64,000 bases of DNA from an uncultured Bacteroidales bacterium (GCA_963802185.1 CAWDHU010000015.1:592876-656875); one strand, 5' to 3'; shown: positions 20,301 to 32,726, counted from the stretch's first letter. Program-made: numbers and translations. Notes: generated from the sequence alone by a model not told the origin.

Positions 20301-23300
20301 CTTCTTCATTAACTACATCCACATATTACCATATTATAGCTACAGCTACAGGAACAACCGCATGTGGCAGTCAAATAAGTAATTCAATCCTAATTACGGT
20401 TAATCCAAACATAACTTCCGGGACGATTGGCACTGCCCAGGCGATCTGCTATAATTCAATTCCAGCAAGGCTTACAGAGTTGACCCCGGCAACCGGCGGC
20501 ACAGGCAGTTACACCTATCAATGGCAGAGTTCACCAAATAATTTTACCTGGACAAATATTTCAGATTCTACTTTAGCTACTTATTCTCCGGGAGCATTGT
20601 TGGCCAGCACTTATTACAGAAGGGTTGTTTCATCCGGAAGTTGCGGTACAGCATATTCATTTGGCATTTTAATAACAGTACGCCCCAATTTGACCTCCCC
20701 GGTAGTATCAGGCAACCGGACTATTTGTTATAATACTGTACCTGCCGCATTATCAGCATCAGCCGCTGTTGGTGGGAGTGGAATATTTACTTACCAATGG
20801 CAATCAAGCCCGGATAATTCAGTTTGGACAAATATCTTAGGCGCAACGAATTACTTCTCATATTCTCCTCCTGCTATAAACGTCACAACTTATTACCGGT
20901 TGGTAGCTACAGCAACGGGCACCCCTTCCTGTGGAACGGTAACCAGTAATGTTGTTACAATAACAGTGCTTCCTGATCTTATTTCTCCTGTTATAATGGC
21001 AGATCAGCTTATTTGTTATAATTCAGTTCCTCTTCAACTTACTTCAACATTTGCTTCCGGCGGAGCTGGTTCATTCTCCTACCAGTGGTATTCAAGTTTA
21101 AATAATATTTCATGGTCAATTATCAGCGGCGCAACAGCTTTAACATACCAGCCTACTGTTTTAACATCCTCAACATATTATCACATAATAGCAACTGCAA
21201 CTGGCCCACAGGCATGTGGAAGTAAAATAAGTAATTCGACATTAATTACTGTTTTTCCAAATCCTGTTGTAACAGCTACACCTTCTTCCCAAACTATTTG
21301 CTCAGGAACCTCTCCGGCCATTGCATTATCTGGTGTTGTACCAGGAACAATGTTTGATTGGACGGTTATTCAGGCAGGTGTTTCAGGTGCTTCTGCAGGA
21401 TCGGGAATAAATATATCCCAAGTACTGACAGTGACTGGTACAACCGCAGGAACTGCAACTTATACTATAACACCCAGAGCTAACGGATGTGTTGGAACTT
21501 CAAAAATAGTAGTAATTACAGTTAACCCTATACCGCAAGTAACAGCAACTCCTGCTTTACAAACTATTTGTTCCGCAACGGCCCCTTTTATTTCGATTAC
21601 AAGCAATCTTTCTTCAACCACATTTGCATGGACAGTAGCTCAATCGGGCGTTTCGGGAGCATATGCGGGATCCGGAACGATTATATCTCAGACACTTTCC
21701 GCAACCGGACCAACCACCGGCACTGCAAGTTACACGATAACCCCAACACTAAATGGTTGTGGCGGAGTCCCTTTGGTTGTAATAATTACGGTAAATCCAG
21801 CACTTGTTGTTACTGCTACTCCAACAGCGCAGACGATTTGTTCGGAAGCAGCTCCGAGTATTGTACTAACAAGTACTATTTCAGGCACCACTTTTAACTG
21901 GACAGCTGTTCAATCCGGCGTTTCAGGAGCATCCCCAGGATCGGGCACACTAATTAATCAGACCCTTACGGCAACAGGAGTTACTGCAGGGACAGTGATA
22001 TACACTATTATACCAAGTGCTAATGGTTGTAGCGGAGCTGTGAAAACGGCTGTAATAACTGTAAGGCCAAAACCAGTTGCAATAGCCACTCCGGCCTTAC
22101 AAACCATTTGTTCAGGATCAACCACTTCGATTGCATTTACTAGCAATATTTCAGGTACTACTTATGGCTGGACTACAGCTATTGATCCGACAGGAAGTAT
22201 AACGGGAGCTACTGCAGGAAGTGGAAACTCAATCACTCAAACGTTGTCAAATTCAACTTTAGCCCAGGCTAATGTATATTATACTATAATTCCAACTGCC
22301 GGAGGTTGTGCAGGGAATCCGCTTGATGTTGACGTATCTGTTAATCCTGTATCAACATTATCAAGTCCTACAATTTCTTCGGTGTGTAGCAATACATTAT
22401 TTAGTTATATTCCTTCAAGTGCAACCCCATCAACTATTTTCAGCTGGACCAGGGGAGCGGTTTTGGGTATTCAAAACCCTGCAACTTCTGGCACCGGAAG
22501 TGTAAATGAAACACTGTTTAATACTACGGGGATATCAAAAACGGTAAATTATGCTTACGCACTTACTTCTTTTGGTTGTACCACGGTTCAAAATTTGGTA
22601 GTAACAGTGAATCCCTCTCCGATATTATTAAGTTCGTTATCCCCGGCGGCAATATGTAGTAATGCCCCCTTTAGTTATACCGCTATCAGTTCAATTGCGG
22701 GAACAACAATTACCTGGACCAGAGCTATGGTTGCCGGCATAAGCAATCCCGCTGCAATAGGATCAGGCAATATTAACGAAACCCTTATCAATACTACATC
22801 ATCTGACGTAGTTGTTTCATATATGTACTCCCTCACATTAAGCGGATGTTCAAGTACTTTTACGGTCAATGTTACAATTAAACCTACGCCCACCGTTAAT
22901 TTACCAGCGGATATGGAATTTTGCAATGGAAGCAGTGTTCCTGCGATTGTATTTACAGGTTCGGTTACGGGAACTACATATACCTGGGGAAATAATAATA
23001 CGGGAATAGGACTAGGTGCAAGTGGAGTAGGTAATATTCCTTCCTTTAGTGCCGTTAATAATACTTCGGCTCAGTTAAATGCTATGATTTCGGTAAGGCC
23101 AACTGCAAATAGCTGCGTTGGCACAAATTCAATATTTACTATTTTGGTTCACCCGTCTTCAAAAGGAGGTATCATTAATTCGGATGCCTCTGTTTGCCTT
23201 GGAATTAATGCTGGCACCTTAACATTGAACGGGCATATTGGTACTATAATAAAATGGCAATCATCCACTGATGCGGGAGTTACCTGGACAGATATCAATA

Positions 23301-26300
23301 ATACAAACCAAACACAAAGCTATACTAATCTTATACTTACTACTCAATATAGGGCAGTTTTACAAAGTGGTCTTTGTGCAACATTATACTCTTCAATTGC
23401 TACCATTACTGTAAATCAAGCGTCATCTGGGGGAACCGTAACCGCTGATGCAATTGTTTGTTACGGAGCTAATACAGGCACTTTGACCCTGAATGGTCAA
23501 GTCGGTTCTGTTACGAAATGGCAATCAACCATCAATGGTGGAACCAGTTGGGTTGATATAAGCAATACTTCTGCAATCCAACCTTACACAAATCTGACCA
23601 CCACTACTCAATATCGTTCAGTTGTTCAAAGCGGAGTATGTGCTGCAACAAATTCATCTCTTGCAACTATTACTGTAAATCCGGCCAGTGTAGGGGGAAT
23701 TGTAACTGGTGGCACTGCAGTTTGTTCAGGAACAAATAGTACAATTTTGACGTTGAGTGGTTTCACAGGAAGCGTTACCAAATGGCAATCGTCATCAGTA
23801 GCTGATTTTAGCTCGGGTGTAACTGATATTTCAAATACTACTGCCAGTTTAACTGCATTAAATCTGGTTTCGACCACTTATTACCGTGCAGTTGTAACCA
23901 GTGGGGTCTGTTCAACTATATTTTCAACCCAGGCTGTAATTGCCGTTAATCCATTACCTGTAGCAACCGTAGGCGGCAGCCAGACTATTTGTTCAGGTGG
24001 AACAGCAACGGTGATAGGTGCAGCTGCCTCAAACGGAACCATATTATGGACTGAAAATGGTGCCGGGTCTATAACTTCAGGGGCTACCACTTTAACACCT
24101 ACTTATACAGCTGCTGTGGGAGATGCCGGTAATTCTGTAATCCTGACCATGACAGTGACCAGTAACAATGTTTGTGCTTCACAAACCGCAACAGCAATCT
24201 ACACAGTTATAATTGATCCATTACCTATTTCAATTGCTGGTGGAAGCCAAACCATTTGTTCAAACGGAACTGCAACATTAAGTGGTGCTTCGGCAACGAA
24301 CGGGACAATTTTATGGACCGAAAATGGAGCCGGATCAATAACTTCAGGATCTACTACTTTAACACCCATATACACAGCAGCCACCGCTGATGCAGGAACA
24401 ACAGTTACCTTAACAATGACAGTTACAAGCAACAATGCATGTTCGCTTCAAACGGCAACATCCACCTACTCTATAGTTGTAAACCCATTGCCAACTGTCA
24501 ATGCCGGCGGTAGTCAGACCATTTGTTCATCCGAGACAGCAACAGTAAGTGGCGTTTCAGCTTCAAACGGAACCATCGTATGGACCGAGAATGGCGCCGG
24601 ATCTATAACAGCGGGATCCAACACTTTAACACCAACCTATACCTCAGTTGCAGCCGATGCCGGAAATACAGTTACCCTTACTATTACTTTAACCAGCACT
24701 AACGCATGTGCTCCGCAAACTGCAGCTGCAACTTATTCCGTGCTTGTAAATCCGGCAAGTATAGGTGGGAGTATTTCGGGTAGTGCAACGGTTTGCTCAG
24801 GAGTTAACAGCACTATTTTGACATTGAATGGCAATGCAGGCAGTATTTTAAAATGGCAATCCTCACCTGTTGCTGGCTTTGGTTCTGGTGTTATCGATAT
24901 TGTAAACACAACAAATAGCCTTACAGTAACAAACCTCAGTGCAACAACTTATTACAGGGCTATAGTTCAAAACGGTACCTGTCCTGTTTTATATTCATCC
25001 GTTGGAACCATTACCGTAAATCCAACTCCGACAATGATAATTACAGATCCGGCACCGGTATGTGCACCTGCTACGGTAAATCTAAATGTACCTTCAGTGA
25101 CGGCAGGTTCTACTCCGGGGCTCACTTATACATATTATACCGATGCTGCAGCAACACTGGTTTATCCTAGCCCTTCCACTGCCAGCGATGACATCTATTA
25201 TATAAAAGGAACAACGGTAGCTGGTTGCTATGATATTAAACCAGTGGTAGCTTCAATATATTCCACTCTTGGCATACCTGTTTTTGCGTTAGGTGCCACT
25301 TCAAGTATTTGTAGTGGAGTTGGCACAATAACATATACTGCAACCGCAACTAACGCATTAACATTAATTTACAGTCTTGATGCTGCAAGTATAGCTGCAG
25401 GCAATACAATAAATTCAGCTACAGGTCAGGTTACTTATGCCCTGGGATATACCGGAACCAGCCAGATTACGGCTACTGCCACCGGTTGTGGAGCACCTGC
25501 CACGGCAATTCATTCAGTAACTGTTAATCCGGCGCCAACAGTAAGTCTGGTTGCCTCACCTTCAACAGCCATTTGCGAGGGTTCAAGTGTTACATTAACT
25601 ACCAGTAATTCAGGTGGTAACGTTATCCAAACTTATTCCGGAACCAGTGGAAATATTTATTTGGGTATACCTGATAACAGCAAAAATGCATATTCTTATT
25701 CCACAATTACATTATCAGGAAGTGGTGGTGCCAATCTGGTTTCGACTGATATTGTGATGATAACTTTAAATATCAACCATAATACGGATCAGGATCTGGA
25801 TATTTTCCTGGTTGATCCTACCGGAACAAGGGCAATGCTGTTATCATCAGATAATGGTGGTAATGGAAATAATTATTCCAATACCGTTATCAGAACTGAT
25901 GCAGTCAACCCAATTACCGGGGGATCTGCACCATTTACAGGAACATTTTTACCCGAAGGTTCAATTACAACGGCACCTAACAGATCGGGTGCAACAGGTG
26001 GGAATTACAATGCAGTTATTCCTGCCAATGCATTAGACTTTACAACGGGGGCTCCTATTGACGGAACTTGGTCGCTGCGAGTGTTTGATGATAAAAGTGG
26101 TACTTCAGGAACACTTGTTAACTGGTCATTGGCTATTATAAGGCAAACTAACACCGTATTTACATCCATTGTGAATGGTCCCCCAGCAATTGGGCCAGTT
26201 AATTATTCAGGAGCCAATAATTCAACGGCAACATCTGTAGTAACTCCTCCTGCAGGGTCTAATGTATACACTGTGACTACTACAGGTTCAAATGGCTGCC

Positions 26301-29300
26301 CAGCTACGTCCAATGCTGTAACTGTTGTTGTTAATCCTATGCCAACACCTACTATAACTGCCGATTATTGTACTTATCGTCCCAAAGTAAGACTGACAAC
26401 CGGTAGCTATTCATCATACCTGTGGAATACAGGAGCAACGACTCAATTTATAGATGTGGATATAGCCGGGAAATACACAGTTACTGTAACTGATAATGGG
26501 TGTACTGGAACTGCTTCAATCCAGGTAGCTGACGAACTGGTTACAAACGGTGATTTTTCAGCTGGAAATGTTGATTTTACAACAGCTTACACTTACGCAG
26601 CTGATGTTGCCGGTAATACGGAATTATGGACTGAAGGTTATTACGGTGTAGGGGCTAATGCAAATAATTATCATAGCAATTTCTGGGGGCCGGGACGTGG
26701 TGGTGCAGGTGACAATTTTATGGTAGTAAATGGTTTCCCGGGGACTCCTCAACCTGTTGTTTGGCAAGAGACTATTACCGGACTTACGGTGGGAACTACG
26801 TATTATTTTGCTGCCTGGGCCAGGAGTATTAACAGTGCTGGAAATTATGCTAATCTAAAATTTAGTATAAACGGGGTTCAAATTGGGACTCCTACAGGAG
26901 CGCTGCCAAGTTGTCCGCAAAACAATACCGGGCCTTTTACGTGGACGAGATTTTATGGAAACTGGACTGCAACATCTACTACCGCAATTTTACAGATAGT
27001 AGACTTGCAAACTGCTCCGAGTGGTAACGACTTTGGGTTGGATGATATTTCTTTCGGTACATTAGCGAGTACTCCTTTTACATTTACTGCCGGTAATGAT
27101 TCACCTATATGCAGCAGAAATCCTTTGCAATTGAGTTCTACTATTTCAGGTGGCAGGATGCCTATTACGTATTCCTGGACTGGTCCTAATGGATTTACAT
27201 CCGCTGCTGCAAATCCGATTATTAACAATATTGCACCCAATGCCGGAGGTACCTATTCCCTTTCGGTTGTTGACTATTATAATTGTCCTGTAACACCTGT
27301 TACCACAATTGTTACTTTAAATCCAACACCCGAAATACCAAATCAAACAGCTGTAATTTGTAGTGGCACCTCATTTAATGCAACTCCAATTAACGGTGTA
27401 CCAAATGCAACTACTTTTGTGCCTGCCGGAACTACTTATTCATGGTTAGCTCCGGCAATTGCCCCGGCAGGTAGTGTAACCGGTGCAAGTGCCCAATCGG
27501 CACAGGCTGGTATTAGTCAAACGCTTATCAATACTACAAATTCACCAGTAACAGTAACCTACATTGTTACACCGGTAAACGGAACCTGTACAGGAAATAC
27601 CTTAACAGTTACTGTTACAGTAAATCCTGTTGTTATCGCTAATGCAGGAGTTAACCTACAGATCTGTACCGGAAGTACCGTGCATCTTAATGGCTCTGTT
27701 GGTGGTGCAGCAACAACGGGATCATGGACTGGTGGGACAGGTAGTTTTAGTCCGAACAGGAATACCCTTAGTGCTGTGTATACACCGAGTGCGGCAGAGA
27801 GAACAGCTGGTACAGTTACTCTTACATTAACATCAAATGATGCTGATGGCGCTGGCCCGTGTTCTGCTGCTGTTTCAACAGTAGTTATTACAATCAGTGC
27901 TTTGCCTGCATTATCATCATCAGTTGTAAATGTGAATTGCCATGGAGCATCATCAGGTTCAGTTGACCTGACTGTTTCGGGTGGAACACCTGGATACACA
28001 TATTTATGGACATCAAGTAATGGAGGTATAGTGCCATCAGGTCAAGCCAACATACAGGATCTTTCTGCTTTGGTGGCTGGAACCTATTCTGTAGCAGTGA
28101 GTGATGCAAATACCTGTGGCGCCACCTTATCGGTAACCTTAACTGAGCCAGCGTTGCTGGTTGCCCACGAAAGCCATACCACTTTACCATGTGTAATAGG
28201 TGCAACAACGGTTACAATTACTGCCACTGGTGGAACGGCTCCTTATACAGGGACTGGTACTTTTGCACAACTTGCCGGGACTACTGTATACACTGTTACT
28301 GATGCAAAGGGCTGTACAGCAAACGTTTCGGCAACGGTTATAGCCGACCCGAATTCGGCACCAGTTATTACAACCTGTCCTGTAACAAGAAATTTTAATG
28401 GATGCTCAACGGCAGCTATTTCCGGACCTGTTTTTACAACCAATGTAACAAATTCAACTTATGCTGAGTTCAGTAATGCTAATAATAGTGCTGCAGCTAC
28501 TGATAATTGCGCAGTAACTACAGTTAGCTATCAGGATATTGCTGCTTCGGGCTGTCCGATTGTAGTAACCAGAACCTGGACATTAGGAGATGCATTAGGA
28601 CTCACCACGAATTGTCAGCAGATACTAAACATAAATGATGTTGTTGCTCCAACCTGGACAAATACTGCCGGTGAGCTTAACAGGTCAGTTGAGTGCAGCG
28701 ATGCTTCCGGTTTGTTGGCTGCTTTAGTAATGTACCCGACAGCTTCTGATGTTTGCGATCCTGATGTATCCAATATCATTAAAACAACAGGTTCGTTTGT
28801 AGTTTCTGCAGGATGCTCACAGGAAGGTACCTATACCAATACCTGGAGAGTAACAGATGAGTGCGGTAATATTAGTGCTGCATATACTCAAATTATTACT
28901 GTTACAGACAATACTGCCCCTACCTGGGTAACAGCGTCCGGTGCACTTGACAAAACAGCTGAATGTAGCAACATGGCTGCCATAAATGCTGCCCAGGCAT
29001 TGATACCCATGGCTTCTGATTTATGCGATGCAAATGTTACGAATGTTGTTAAAGTGGCTGGTGTTTTTATTCCGGGAGGCATTTGTGCAAATGCAGGTAC
29101 GTATACCAATACATTTACCGTTGCCGACGACTGCGGAAATGTCAGTACAGTCTATACCCAGGTTATAACTATTGTTGATAATACAGCCCCGGTATGGATA
29201 ACAGCTCCCGGTGAAATCAACAAAACTGTTTCGTGCAGTGATGTAATCGGCCTTTCGGATGCGCAGGCATTATTTCCTGTTGCATGGGATAATTGTGCCT

Positions 29301-30680
29301 CTGATGTCTCGAATATCAATAAAACTTGCCGGATTGTTTGTACCATCAGCAGGGTGTCAACAGGAAGGAAAGTATACCAACACCTGGACGGTTACTGATG
29401 GCTGCGGAAATAATAGTGTTGCCTATACTCAGGTAATTACTGTTGTTGATAATGCTGGTCCGATGATCCTCTGTCCTGCAAGTAGTGCTTTATCGTGCGA
29501 TTCACCATCATTTGATCCATCTGCTACCGGAACAGCTGCTGTTATTGACAATTGCGATGTAAATCCTTCTCTTACCTGGTCGGATGCAATCATTCCGGGC
29601 GGATGTGCCGGTAATTACCAGATTGTCCGTACCTGGACAGCTAGCGATGCCTGTGGGAAATCTAATACCTGCGCTCAGTCAGTTTTCATCCAGGATGTAA
29701 CTCCACCGGTCATTTCAAGCTCTGTTTCGGGTAACCTGGATGTAAATCCAAGTCCGTCAATCAGTTATATTGCTCCTGATAATGCCTGGGATGCAACGGC
29801 AACAGATAATTGCAGTGGGGTAATACTATCAGCTGAACTCACAGGAGCGACAATATCGGGTCCTTATTCCTCATTAAAGGGTGTTACTTTCAATGAAGGA
29901 GTAACAACTGTTACCTGGACTGCTACAGATGGTTGTGGTATAAGTTCAAGCTATCAATATACAGTTACGGTGACATTGACACCGGAGATAAGTTGTCCGG
30001 CCGATATTACCCGTAATAATGATCTTGATTTATGCAATGCCACTCTTAATCCTGGTTTCCTTACCTTGATAACAGGTACAGCTCCGATTGCCTATACCTG
30101 GACAATGACAGGTGTTACCTCCGGTTCGGGAACCGGTCCGATTGGCTATTACACATTTAATAAAGGAGTAACTACCATTACCTGGACAGCAACCAATGCT
30201 GCAGGAAGTGATGTATGTACTCAAACCATTACCGTAATTGATAATCAGCCACCGCTTTTTAGTATTCCTGCAGATTTGATGTATTGCGTGCAGGAAATTA
30301 AAACTGCTGAATATTATGATCCAACCATGGATATTACACCTGTCAGACCCGACTATTATGTTTTTAAAGCCGGAAATACTGATCTTGATTTGGACCCATC
30401 AACCTTCAGTGATAATTGTCCAATGTCCTGCGCATTTGAAATTCGATGGCGCATTGATTTTGCGGATGGGACTTTTCTTCCCGCTCTTCCTGATACATAT
30501 ATTACAGGCCAACCATCTGCCTATGGGCTTGATGTTCAGTTTCCCGGTGATGCTTTTTCAAACGTTTTTCATCATATAACCTACCAGATAGTGGATTGCA
30601 ATGGAAATGTCTCCTCACCCCAAATAAGAAAAATTACAATTGATCCTCGCCCAGTAATTACAAAATTAACTCTGCCATGA
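14357..30680 (+). CDS. Giant SprB-like repeat adhesin, about 5,440 aa once the two listed ORFs (14357-29398 and 29259-30680) are joined across a +1 frame change near 29318
   Basis: TTG start with a signal peptide (MKKILQSKHYFLIGLFMALQAAGNMAYG). In order it contains:
- autotransporter-associated beta-strand-type repeats (GAGKLILSGTNLYDGITTVNAGILNL);
- three 82-aa SprB-type repeats (NCYGNSTGDIDILVTGGTPVYTYSWTK);
- about 14 ICYN...YQWQSS Ig-like units;
- PKD-like units (QTICSG...);
- KWQSS units;
- a proprotein-convertase P-domain;
- a jelly-roll module ending GNDFGLDDISFG;
- further SprB repeats;
- 90-aa C..GTYTNTW.V.D.CGN units;
- HYR-like units (GVTTVTWTATDGCG).
The second ORF continues the third 90-aa unit exactly. 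Confidence 0.9.
16298..17040 (+). repeat. Three tandem SprB-type coding repeats, period 246 bp (82 aa)
   Basis: VNC(Y/F)G...TGGT..YTYSWTK(N/D)GSA...TEDL.GLA.G.Y..TV.DS..C....TATITQP recurs at 82-aa spacing by hand count. Confidence 0.85.
17846..21253 (+). repeat. Four tandem copies of an 852-bp (284-aa) in-frame supra-repeat, each built from three Ig-like ICYN/YQWQSS units
   Basis: Unit boundaries (V[HN]PN codons) fall at 17846, 18698, 19550 and 20402, with the end at 21254. In the alignment of 18239-18338 against 19091-19190 I count 2 mismatches in 100 nt. Confidence 0.9.
25640..26140 (+). other. Proprotein convertase P-domain embedded in the giant adhesin, with no adjacent subtilisin domain
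   Basis: LNINHNTDQDLDIFLVDPTGTRAMLLSS ... DGTWSLRVFDDKSGTSGTLVNWSLAII matches the P-domain pattern (H..GDL.I.L.SP.GT ... G.W.L.V.D....D.G.L..W.L). Confidence 0.7.
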
Positions 30681-30982
30681 TGAAAAAAGAAAATTGATTT
30701 AAAGAATAGTAGTAATGGCCTGTGACTAATGCCGCACTTAATCATTAATTAATAGGTACAATAGAACTATCTGAAACAAACTCTTTAAATGAAATTACAA
30801 ATAACCCAACATTAAAACTAAACCAATGCCTATGGACAATTTAAGAAAGGAAACCCAATTCTGCCTGAGGGCAATAAAATGTAATTCACTCAATTTCTAA
30901 CTTTTTTAGAGAATGCGCCTACGCTTACCAAAACAATAATAAGTAATACAATTTTACAATTACAATTAAAAAAAACAAAAAA

Positions 30983-32047
30983 ATGAAAAAGCAAGTTTTT
31001 ATTTCGTTCCTAATGGCATTATTTGCCAGTTCCCTTGCCTATGGGCAAGCACTTCCCGGATCTGCTCCACGAGGGATTCTATGTACTGACGGTCCGTTGA
31101 ATCCAATTGCCGGTAAAGAATATACGTACCAGGCAGCCTCAAATCAAACCGGGAATTACACCTTTTGGGCAACAAAAGATGTTAACTTTATCTCAACGGT
31201 TGCTGGTGTTACTACTACCAATATGGCAACCACTAAGCTAACAACTCCCGTTGATCTTTTAACCGCAAGTGCTAATTATGCAACGCCTGCTGCTACTGAC
31301 AATGTCAAGATTACATGGTCGGATGCGATATTAGCAGCGACTACAGCAGCAGCACCAACATTTGTAGCCGTTAATCAGGATGGTACCTGTGCCAACAACT
31401 TTAAAGTGTGGGCACTCACACCTGTTAAGGCTTTTACTGTTGATATCCGAAATATGGAAAATTCAACAGTTACTCCTTTAGCCTATGGTGCAAATGAGGA
31501 TCAGTGTTTTGATGCAGTAAGAGGTGCTGTTTACAATACAGCTTCATCTACTGTGGAATATAATTATGGCACCCAGGTATTATATTTCGAGGTTATTGCA
31601 GCCAACTTCACTAGCTCATGGATTCCAACATTCACTCTTTCAGCTTTAGGCAATGGTCAAACTGCTGTAATTGAATGGGCATATGATAATGCTTTTACAA
31701 ATCCCGTTACTCCTGTAGTAGTAACATCAGGAATACCGAGTCCAACACCGGTTCTTACTGCTCAAACCAGCACAACATCAGGCGTTTCAATCTTTGTCAG
31801 GGTCACCATCTCAAATAATACTTTCGAAGGTACTGTTTCAACTCCTGTTTCTCTTACGGTTGATGGAGTTAACTCAGTTGGAGATTGGGATATTGAAAAT
31901 AATACTCTGAGTGATCCTGGTCCATTGTGCAATGCTACTTTTGGAGCTGATCACATGGATGTTGCTTCTCAGACAATCAATCCACGTCCGGTTATAACTC
32001 CTGGTGGAACAACACCGCCATTTGCACCGGGTAACCAAACTAATTAA
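30983..32047 (+). CDS. Secreted hypothetical protein (354 aa), Thr/Ala/Asn-rich, with no recognisable T9SS CTD
   Basis: Signal peptide (LAYG|Q) and coding-like composition. The N-terminal module (GKEYTYQA...YTFWA...ITWSD...DGTCANNFKVWALTPV) resembles the N-termini of the next two proteins. It ends INPRPVITPGG... Confidence 0.7.
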   Translation: MKKQVFISFLMALFASSLAYGQALPGSAPRGILCTDGPLNPIAGKEYTYQAASNQTGNYTFWATKDVNFISTVAGVTTTNMATTKLTTPVDLLTASANYATPAATDNVKITWSDAILAATTAAAPTFVAVNQDGTCANNFKVWALTPVKAFTVDIRNMENSTVTPLAYGANEDQCFDAVRGAVYNTASSTVEYNYGTQVLYFEVIAANFTSSWIPTFTLSALGNGQTAVIEWAYDNAFTNPVTPVVVTSGIPSPTPVLTAQTSTTSGVSIFVRVTISNNTFEGTVSTPVSLTVDGVNSVGDWDIENNTLSDPGPLCNATFGADHMDVASQTINPRPVITPGGTTPPFAPGNQTN

Positions 32048-32086
32048 TTTTCATGTTCTTGCTTTTTCATGAAATCCTATACTTTT

Positions 32087-32112
32087 TCCGGCCGGGTTTG
32101 CGCCTGGCCGGA
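32087..32112 (+). terminator. GC-rich hairpin downstream of the 354-aa gene (no U-tract)
   Basis: TCCGGCCGGG-tttgcg-CCTGGCCGGA, a 10-bp stem with one G.U pair, 40 nt after the stop codon. Confidence 0.4.
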
Positions 32113-32726
32113 TAAAGAAACCAGGAAAGGAAAAGTAACACAGGAAGAAAAATTTAAATACTTGACTCGAAGAGACTTGTACGACCTAAAGATTAAATTT
32201 TAATTATATAGGTTAATGGAGAATTTAAGTGACTGCTAACAGCTAATACCTACTCGTGAACCAATCATTAAATAGAATAACAAACCCATATCTGGATCAA
32301 GATATAACGTGGATTAAATGCACGCTTCCAGATAACTCAGGAACACGGATCGTTGATCGGTGGACTTCTTACCTGAATGCGGGTTATTCAAAATCCTTAA
32401 CTTCTTACATACGCACGACAGGCTACTCAAGCATGGGTAATTCTGCTCCATGGCGATTGCATAAAGCGAGCCGTTAACAATCCCGTTGAGCGGTTATATG
32501 TCATTAGAATGTATCTGGTAACAGGCTGCATTTGAGGGCCTTCTAGAGGGTCTTAAACACAGCAGGGATGCCATAGCAAGCTGGCATATGCAACACGGAG
32601 TTTGATGCTGAAATCAAACATTTGGCTGTGACACGCTTTAATTGATTTTTATACTCTCCCGGTGTATCACCGCTGGCGTTGTAGATGTACGTTCACCGAA
32701 TGTGGTGTCCGTGCAATTACTCTTAA

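Noticed and set aside
17846-21253. Regularly spaced near-identical repeats that could be mistaken for a CRISPR array or duplicated IS copies.
   Set aside because: The period is 852 bp with no short repeat/spacer structure. The repeats are in frame and translate into Ig-like domains continuous with the flanking protein, so they are coding tandem duplications.
14434-29346. About 25 minus-strand or off-frame ORFs of 60-146 aa inside the giant adhesin gene, for example 14434-14817, 27559-27999 and 27894-28208.
   Set aside because: All are fully embedded in a 16-kb ORF with clear domain repeats and have odd, low-complexity compositions. Long antisense ORFs are expected opposite a stop-poor repetitive frame rich in Thr, Gly, Ala and Val codons.
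14357-30680. The idea that the near-identical adhesin repeats are targets of a diversity-generating retroelement.
   Set aside because: No reverse transcriptase gene or template-repeat/variable-repeat pair with adenine-specific differences is visible in the window. Differences between copies affect all four bases.
30681-30982. A possible missing C-terminal sorting domain of the giant adhesin encoded downstream in another frame.
   Set aside because: The 300 nt after the stop codon is AT-rich and closed in all frames (no ORF of 60 aa or more). A type B CTD of about 90 aa cannot be hidden there.
32256-32477. 73-aa ORF with a GTG start in the 1.29-kb gap.
   Set aside because: It has no signal peptide, no recognisable motif, a non-ATG start and no promoter box, and it is isolated in a region otherwise closed in all frames. 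It is kept only as part of the non-coding-gap finding.
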